Shown here in pieces: positions 58,942 through 64,000 of a DNA stretch of 64,000 nucleotides (its first letter is position 1; the number at the start of each line of letters is the position of its first letter). Under the pieces are notes generated by a model that worked only from the letters and a program-made list of their open reading frames with translations, was not told the DNA's origin and made no database searches. This DNA comes from an uncultured Caulobacteraceae bacterium (GTDB taxonomy: Bacteria > Pseudomonadota > Alphaproteobacteria > Caulobacterales > Aquidulcibacteraceae): assembly GCA_964530695.1 (NCBI GenBank), contig CAZGYQ010000004.1, positions 4,725 through 68,724 of the forward strand, written 5' to 3'. The position numbers and the translations under genes were made by a program.

Positions 58942-59844
58942 ATGGACGCCAGCAAGATCATGTTCAAACCCGGCCTGATGAGGGGCGAGCGCATTCTCGT
59001 CACCGGCGGCGGCTCGGGCCTCGGCAAGGAAATGGCCGAAGCCTTCCTGATGCTCGGCGCCGACGTGATCATCTGCGGGCGCCGCGGCGAGGTGCTGAAG
59101 GAAACCGCCGACGAACTGATGAAGAAGCATGGCGGCGCCTGCATCCCGATCCCGTGCGACATCCGCGTGCCGGACGCGATCCACGACATGGTCGATCAGG
59201 CCTGGTCCGGCGGGGCGCTCACCGGCCTCGTCAACAACGCAGCGGGCAATTTCATCTCGCGCACGGAGGACCTCTCAACCCGCGCCTTCGACGCCATCGC
59301 CAACATCGTTTTCCACGGCTCGTTCTACACCACGCTCGACATCGGCAAGCGCTGGATCGCGGAAAAGCGCAAAGGTTCGATCCTGTCGATCCTCACCACA
59401 TGGGTCTGGAACGGCAGCGCCTTCACCGTGCCGTCGGCCATGTCGAAGGCCGGCCTCAACGCGATGACGCAATCGCTCGCGGTGGAATGGGCGCGCTACG
59501 GAATCCGCGCCAACGCCATCGCACCGGGACCGTTCCCCACCGAAGGCATGTCGAAGCGGCTGAACCCCGACGGCACGGGCGGCGGGCCGATGCGCGACCA
59601 GTCCGGCGGCAATCCGATGGGCCGCGTCGGCGAGATGCACGAACTCTGCAATCTCGCGGTGACGCTGATGGGACCGGGCGCGGAATACATCAACGGCCAG
59701 TGCATCGCCATCGACGGCGCGGCGTATCAGGCGGGCGGCGGCAACTTCTCCGCGCTCACCGCATGGACCGACGAACAATGGGCGCAGGCGAGCGCGGCCA
59801 TCCGCGCGCAAAACGAAAAGGATCGCGCGAAGCGGACAGTGTGA
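58942..59844 (+). CDS. SDR family oxidoreductase (2,4-dienoyl-CoA reductase-like)
   Basis: 300 aa. ILVTGGGSGLGKEMA (TGxxxGxG), NNAAGNF and SAMSKAG. SD GAGGAG upstream. Confidence 0.85.
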   Translation: MDASKIMFKPGLMRGERILVTGGGSGLGKEMAEAFLMLGADVIICGRRGEVLKETADELMKKHGGACIPIPCDIRVPDAIHDMVDQAWSGGALTGLVNNAAGNFISRTEDLSTRAFDAIANIVFHGSFYTTLDIGKRWIAEKRKGSILSILTTWVWNGSAFTVPSAMSKAGLNAMTQSLAVEWARYGIRANAIAPGPFPTEGMSKRLNPDGTGGGPMRDQSGGNPMGRVGEMHELCNLAVTLMGPGAEYINGQCIAIDGAAYQAGGGNFSALTAWTDEQWAQASAAIRAQNEKDRAKRTV

Positions 59845-59857
59845 ATCAGCGTTTGAT

Positions 59858-60856
59858 TCAGGGAGTCACGACGACCTTCCCGATCACCTTGCGCGATGAA
59901 AGCAGGTGGAAGGCGTCGTGAACTTTCTCCAGCGGGAGCCGGGCGTGGATGTGCGGCCGGATCTCGCCGGCGTCGGCCATCTTCCAGATCGCCTCGCCGT
60001 TTTCGCGGCCGCGCTCGGGAAACTGGCGGCCATATTCGCCGGCGCGGACGCCGACGATGGAGAAGCCCTTGATCAGCGGCATGTTCACGCTCACATTCGG
60101 AATGCGCCCGCTGGTGAAGCCGATGATCAGCAATCGGCCGTCAAACGCGATGCAGCGGACGCTTTCATCGAACACGTCGCCGCCGACGGGATCGTAAATC
60201 ACATCGGCGCCGCGCCCGCCGGTGAGATCCTTCACCGCCTCGCGGAAGCCGTTCGATTCAAGGACATGGTGCGCGCCGTAGGTTTTCAGGAACGCGCGTT
60301 TCTCTTCAGTCGACGCCGTCGCGATCACCGTCGCGCCGAGTTTCAATCCAAGATCGACCGCCGCAAGCCCGACGCCTCCCGCAGCCCCGTGCACCAGAAG
60401 CGTCTCGCCCTTCTGCACCGCGCCGCGACGAACAAGCGCCACATAGGCCGTGAGATACGCGGCATTGTAGGCGGCGGCCTGGGCCATATCGAGCGCGGCT
60501 GGCTTGTGGCGCAAACCGGCGATCGGGGCGATCGCATATTCCGCAAAGCCGCCGGTCTTCGTGCCGCCGCAGACCTGGTCGCCGACGCTGAAGCCCGCGT
60601 AGTCGCCCTCGCCGACGGCGACGATTTCTCCCGCGATCTCCATGCCGGGACTGAACGGAAGATCGGGCTTCAGCTGGTATTTGCCCTGGCACATAAGCAG
60701 GTCCGGGAAATTCACGCCGGCCGCGGCCACCTTTACGAGCGCCTCGCCCTTGCGCGGCGTCGGCACGGCGCCCATCTCAAGGCCCGCGCCGGACCAGTCC
60801 TCACTCAACGTACGACATACGAACGCACGCATCCGCGAAGGCAGCGCCTCCATCAT
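59858..60856 (-). CDS. NADPH:quinone oxidoreductase (MDR superfamily)
   Basis: 332 aa. GVNFPD, LLVHGAAGGVGLAAVDLGLKLGATV and IGKVVV. Its ATG overlaps the tetR stop (ATGA at 60853..60856). Confidence 0.85.
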   Translation of the reverse strand: MMEALPSRMRAFVCRTLSEDWSGAGLEMGAVPTPRKGEALVKVAAAGVNFPDLLMCQGKYQLKPDLPFSPGMEIAGEIVAVGEGDYAGFSVGDQVCGGTKTGGFAEYAIAPIAGLRHKPAALDMAQAAAYNAAYLTAYVALVRRGAVQKGETLLVHGAAGGVGLAAVDLGLKLGATVIATASTEEKRAFLKTYGAHHVLESNGFREAVKDLTGGRGADVIYDPVGGDVFDESVRCIAFDGRLLIIGFTSGRIPNVSVNMPLIKGFSIVGVRAGEYGRQFPERGRENGEAIWKMADAGEIRPHIHARLPLEKVHDAFHLLSSRKVIGKVVVTP

Positions 60857-61512
60857 TCAGGTCCGCGCGCCGCAGCTTTCACGCCGCCGAGAATGAAGTT
60901 CGAGACGAAGCGCGTCGCAGCGTCGATGTCCGGCGCGGACTGGTGCAGCAGCACTTCACCGATCTCCTGGGCGACGCCGATGCTGGCGGCGGCGAGAAAA
61001 TCCGGATCCACATTCGGCGCCACGCCTCGCGCAATCGCCTCGGCGACGCCGTCGCGGACTTCCTCGTAGACCGCCAGCGTGCCGGGCGTGCTCGAGCGGA
61101 TGTGGGGGCCCATGTCCATGCGCGGATGGGCGCCGGAGCGGTTCTCCTCGATGAGGAACGTGAAATAGGCGTGGACGGCGGTGTGGATGTAATCCTCAAA
61201 GCACGTCGCCTTCTCGCGGGCCGCGCGCAGGATCGGCTTGAAGCGGCGCGCGCCGTCGTCGGCCAGGGCCTCGAAAACTTCTTCCTTCGACTTGAAGTAA
61301 TTGTAGAAGGTGCCCGAAGCCAGTTCCGTACCGCGGATGATGTCGCGAACGGTGCAGCCCTCGTAGCCGAGCTGCGCGAAAATGCGTCGGGCCGCTTCGA
61401 GGATCGCCTGCCGGTTCGCCGCCTTGGACCGTTCCCGCCGTCCTTCGGACGCCTCGGCGTGCGCCGTAGCCGTCATGGTCATGTTCTGCCCCGTGTTCTC
61501 GTTTTCCGTCAT
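60853..61512 (-). CDS. TetR/AcrR family transcriptional regulator
   Basis: 219 aa. N-terminal HTH ILEAARRIFAQLGYEGCTVRDIIRGTELASGTFYNYFKSKEEVF. Confidence 0.9.
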   Translation of the reverse strand: MTENENTGQNMTMTATAHAEASEGRRERSKAANRQAILEAARRIFAQLGYEGCTVRDIIRGTELASGTFYNYFKSKEEVFEALADDGARRFKPILRAAREKATCFEDYIHTAVHAYFTFLIEENRSGAHPRMDMGPHIRSSTPGTLAVYEEVRDGVAEAIARGVAPNVDPDFLAAASIGVAQEIGEVLLHQSAPDIDAATRFVSNFILGGVKAAARGPE

Positions 61513-61557
61513 CTTGCGCGATTGTGACAGAGCGTCAACTTTCCTCGCGCAGGGCGC

Positions 61558-62016
61558 TCAGCGCATGCCGAAGAGACGCGTCAGGTACTCGGAGCGCTTG
61601 GCGACGATCGAACGGCCCTCGGGCGAGGTGTAATAGCGACGCATCGCGGCCAGTTCCTCGGCGGTGTAGGTCTCGACCATGGCGTCCACGGCGCGCGCCT
61701 CCATCGACACAAGCTGCGTTTCGAGCACCCGGTTCATCTGGCCTTCGCCTTCGCGCAGCGAGCCCACGAGGCTCTCGGCCATGTCGCAGGCGGCCCGGCC
61801 AAGCGGGTTGGGGTTGCGCCCGAGGCTGTCGCGGCAACGCTTGCCGATGTCGGCGCCCGTGAGCGCCATCGGCGCCAGGCGCACGACGAGCTTCACATCG
61901 TCGAGGCCGCCGGACAGCCGGAACACCTCCTGCGCCATTTCGCGCTTGTCGACGATCGGGGTCGTCGCGCAGGCGGACAGGGCGAGGACGAAACAGGCGG
62001 CAAGCAAACGACGCAA
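61558..62016 (-). CDS. DUF2059-like lipoprotein
   Basis: 152 aa. Lipobox LALSAC. TYTAEELAAMRRYYTSPEGRSIVAK resembles the DUF2059 core. Confidence 0.6.
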   Translation of the reverse strand: MRRLLAACFVLALSACATTPIVDKREMAQEVFRLSGGLDDVKLVVRLAPMALTGADIGKRCRDSLGRNPNPLGRAACDMAESLVGSLREGEGQMNRVLETQLVSMEARAVDAMVETYTAEELAAMRRYYTSPEGRSIVAKRSEYLTRLFGMR

Positions 62017-62112
62017 GGGAAATCCTTTCGGTGATCCGCCATCTCGCGCACCGGCCGCTGGCGCGTCAAGAAGACCCGGCGCCTTGCCTCATGCCGCGGA
62101 AATCAGGGTAGG

Positions 62113-62601
62113 ATGACGCCCATGTCCGGATCCCCGCCCACGCCGCCGAGCGCCGAAGATATCGTCAGGATGATGGTCGCCGCGACGCCCTATGCGCGCG
62201 CCCTCGGCTTCGAGGCGGTGAGCGTCGGCGAAGGGCGTGCAACGATGAAGACGCCCTACCGGAAGGAGATCATCGGCGATCCGGAAACCGGCGTCATCGC
62301 CGGCGGCGTGATCACGGCGCTCCTCGATCATGTCTGCGGCGCTGCGGCGATGGCGGCGCTGGCCGAACGCCAGAGCGTCGCCACGCTTGACCTGCGCATC
62401 GACTACATGCGCGGCGCGGAGCCCGGGCGCGACATCTTTGCTGAAGCCCATTGCTACAAGGTCACCCGTTCCGTCGCCTTCGTCCGCGCCGTCGCCTACG
62501 AGGACAGCCCCGACAATCCCGTCGCCAACGCCACCGCCGCCTTCATGCTCGCCGCCATGGGCGACAGGAAAATGGGCGCCAACCTGAGGCCGCCGCGTTG
62601 A
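62113..62601 (+). CDS. PaaI-family hotdog-fold thioesterase
   Basis: 162 aa. GVIAGGVITALLDHVCGAA and FVRAVAYED fit the PaaI/4HBT pattern. Confidence 0.8.
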   Translation: MTPMSGSPPTPPSAEDIVRMMVAATPYARALGFEAVSVGEGRATMKTPYRKEIIGDPETGVIAGGVITALLDHVCGAAAMAALAERQSVATLDLRIDYMRGAEPGRDIFAEAHCYKVTRSVAFVRAVAYEDSPDNPVANATAAFMLAAMGDRKMGANLRPPR

Positions 62602-63038
62602 GCGAGGCAAAACCGCCGCCGCCGCTCACGGAGACGCAACTGCGCGAGCGGTTTCTCGCCGTGCCGTTCGCGAAGTATCTCGGCATCGAACTCGAGCTGC
62701 GCGGCGATGAACTCACGCTGGTGATGCCGTTTCGCGATGAGCTGATCGGCAATGTCATGTTGCCGGCCCTGCACGGCGGCACCCTTGGCGCGCTCCTCGA
62801 GCTTGCGGCCGTCGCCACCGTCTCGATGAAACAACGGCAGGCGCATCTGCCGAAGACGATCGACATCAACATCGATTATCTGCGCTCCGGCCGGCCGGTC
62901 CCCACCTTCGCGCGCGCCACGGTCAAACGGCTCGGCCGCAGGATCGCCAGCGTCCACGCGGAGGCCTGGCAATTCGAACGGGCCGATCCGATCGCCGCGC
63001 TGAACGGACATTTCCTCCTGACACAGACGGATGCCTGA
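62598..63038 (+). CDS. PaaI-family hotdog-fold thioesterase (second copy)
   Basis: About 146 aa. Proposed TTG start at 62598 overlaps the upstream TGA. FAKYLGIELE and LPALHGGTLGALLELAA. The upstream part of track ORF 62451..63038 is out-of-frame overlap with the first PaaI gene. Confidence 0.75.
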   Translation: MSEAKPPPPLTETQLRERFLAVPFAKYLGIELELRGDELTLVMPFRDELIGNVMLPALHGGTLGALLELAAVATVSMKQRQAHLPKTIDINIDYLRSGRPVPTFARATVKRLGRRIASVHAEAWQFERADPIAALNGHFLLTQTDA

Positions 63039-64000
63039 TGCCGCCGCGCGATTCCTATATTCCCTGCACGAAGGCCGAACTCACGAGCGCGCTGGCGTCC
63101 AGGGGCGGCGTCGATCCGCAGGGTTTCGCGGAGGTCGCGCGCGTGCTCGGCGCGGTGCTGCATTACGAGACGATGGACGAACTCGAACGGCTGAAGTCGC
63201 TCTATCGCCCGCTCGATCCCACGGACGTCTCCACTGCCGAGCCGGATGCGAAGGCTTTCCTCGGCGAGCTTGAAAACATCCTGGCGATGGCGAACTTCCG
63301 GGAGTTCCCCGCCACCGACATGATCGCCGCCGCCGAGGGCGGCACGTTGCAGGACCTCAAGGTTCGCACGAACGACGCCGGCGTCAACCGCATCCGCTTC
63401 TTCGCCCGGGGCGCACGACCGGCGAAGCTGGACATCCGCCGCTTCTGGGGGCTGCATCGCAAGAAGGTGGACAGCGAAATTCTCGACGACGTTCTCATCG
63501 TCATCGAGCTTGCAAGCGACGCGACCGGTTCGGGCGCCAAGGCGCTCGCCCGAATCCGGCGCGGTGCGCGGCCGGGATCGATCCTGCTCAAGCACTTCGG
63601 CGACGTGCCGCGCACCGATCTCGTGACGCTGCATCCAGGCGCGGCGCCCACCATGAAACGCCGCGACCAGCTGATCCTCGGCGTCCCCGCCGTCGCGGGC
63701 GGCGTGCCGTTGCTGACGCAGATCGGGCCGGCGCTCGTCGTGATCTTCACGGTGATCGCGGCGCTGTTTGGTTTTGAAGGCGCGCATCTGACGGACGATG
63801 CGTTGAAGCGCGCGCTGGCTGCGCTGTCTGGCCTTGTCGCGCTCGGCGCATTCTTCATGCGCCAGCGCCTCAAGTTCGACCGGCAGAAACTCTTCTACCA
63901 GAAGCAGCTTGCCGACACGGTCTACTTCCACACCGTCGCCAACAACGCCGGCGTCATCGACGGGCTCGTCGGCGCGGCGGAAGAGCAGGACTGCAAGGAG
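63038..64000 (+). CDS. DUF3754/TMEM143-like membrane protein, 3'-truncated by the window edge
   Basis: Not in the ORF track (no stop within the window). ATG at 63038 overlaps the upstream TGA by 1 nt. The frame is open for 321 codons to the edge: MPPRDSYIPCTKAELTSALA ... LILGVPAVAGGVPLLTQIGPALVVIFTVIAALFGF ... It has good GC3 coding character and a hydrophobic hairpin. Confidence 0.65.
   Translation, partial: MPPRDSYIPCTKAELTSALASRGGVDPQGFAEVARVLGAVLHYETMDELERLKSLYRPLDPTDVSTAEPDAKAFLGELENILAMANFREFPATDMIAAAEGGTLQDLKVRTNDAGVNRIRFFARGARPAKLDIRRFWGLHRKKVDSEILDDVLIVIELASDATGSGAKALARIRRGARPGSILLKHFGDVPRTDLVTLHPGAAPTMKRRDQLILGVPAVAGGVPLLTQIGPALVVIFTVIAALFGFEGAHLTDDALKRALAALSGLVALGAFFMRQRLKFDRQKLFYQKQLADTVYFHTVANNAGVIDGLVGAAEEQDCKE

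Noticed and set aside
62876-63931. A 351-aa minus-strand ORF and the nested 223-aa ORF.
   Set aside because: They are antisense to the open-ended plus-strand DUF3754-like gene, which has better coding character and is overlap-coupled to the upstream operon. The products are Arg-rich and featureless.

Overview
This is a GC-rich (about two-thirds G+C by eye) alphaproteobacterial chromosomal segment. It is densely coding, with roughly 66 supportable genes. I saw no rRNA, tRNA, CRISPR, transposase, integrase or phage genes. Layout: (1) 0-6.5 kb is a housekeeping block, PPIase-argJ-mutT plus an untracked 55-aa Flp pilin gene, divergent from secA. (2) 6.6-32.6 kb is mostly lipid and one-carbon metabolism: three AMP-dependent acyl-CoA synthetases, an HSL-type esterase, two thiolases, fhs, an O-methyltransferase, a quinone oxidoreductase, an asparaginase, a TonB-dependent receptor, a GH13 alpha-glucosidase and mnmA. 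(3) 32.7-47.2 kb is a flagellar cluster in the Caulobacter-type arrangement flgL-flgK <> fliK-flgD-flgE, sciP, fliF-fliG-fliH/flbE-fliN-flbD, flhA. It carries a good sigma-54 promoter, two CGGCA-N5-TGCCG dyads and CtrA-box-like sites. (4) 47.3-64 kb is mixed: PQQ sugar dehydrogenase, CinA, PH-domain protein, M13 peptidase, wHTH-TPR regulator, UrcA-like protein, gshB, amidotransferase, crotonase, GFA, SDR, tetR-qor, two PaaI thioesterases and a DUF3754-like membrane protein running off the right edge. The main structure that genes do not explain is four families of long, hairpin-rich intergenic repeats, labelled A-D here. Families A and D fill convergent gene junctions, B sits in divergent promoter regions, and C brackets a thiolase gene. 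I did not find a convincing new multi-gene system (defence, secretion or biosynthetic cluster). The best leads are the structured repeat families (A and D show compensatory stem substitutions between copies), the orphan flp gene translationally coupled to mutT, a 19-bp tandem repeat in a divergent promoter, and a few uncharacterised gene pairs. All functional calls come from motifs read by eye in the translations; no database search was run.
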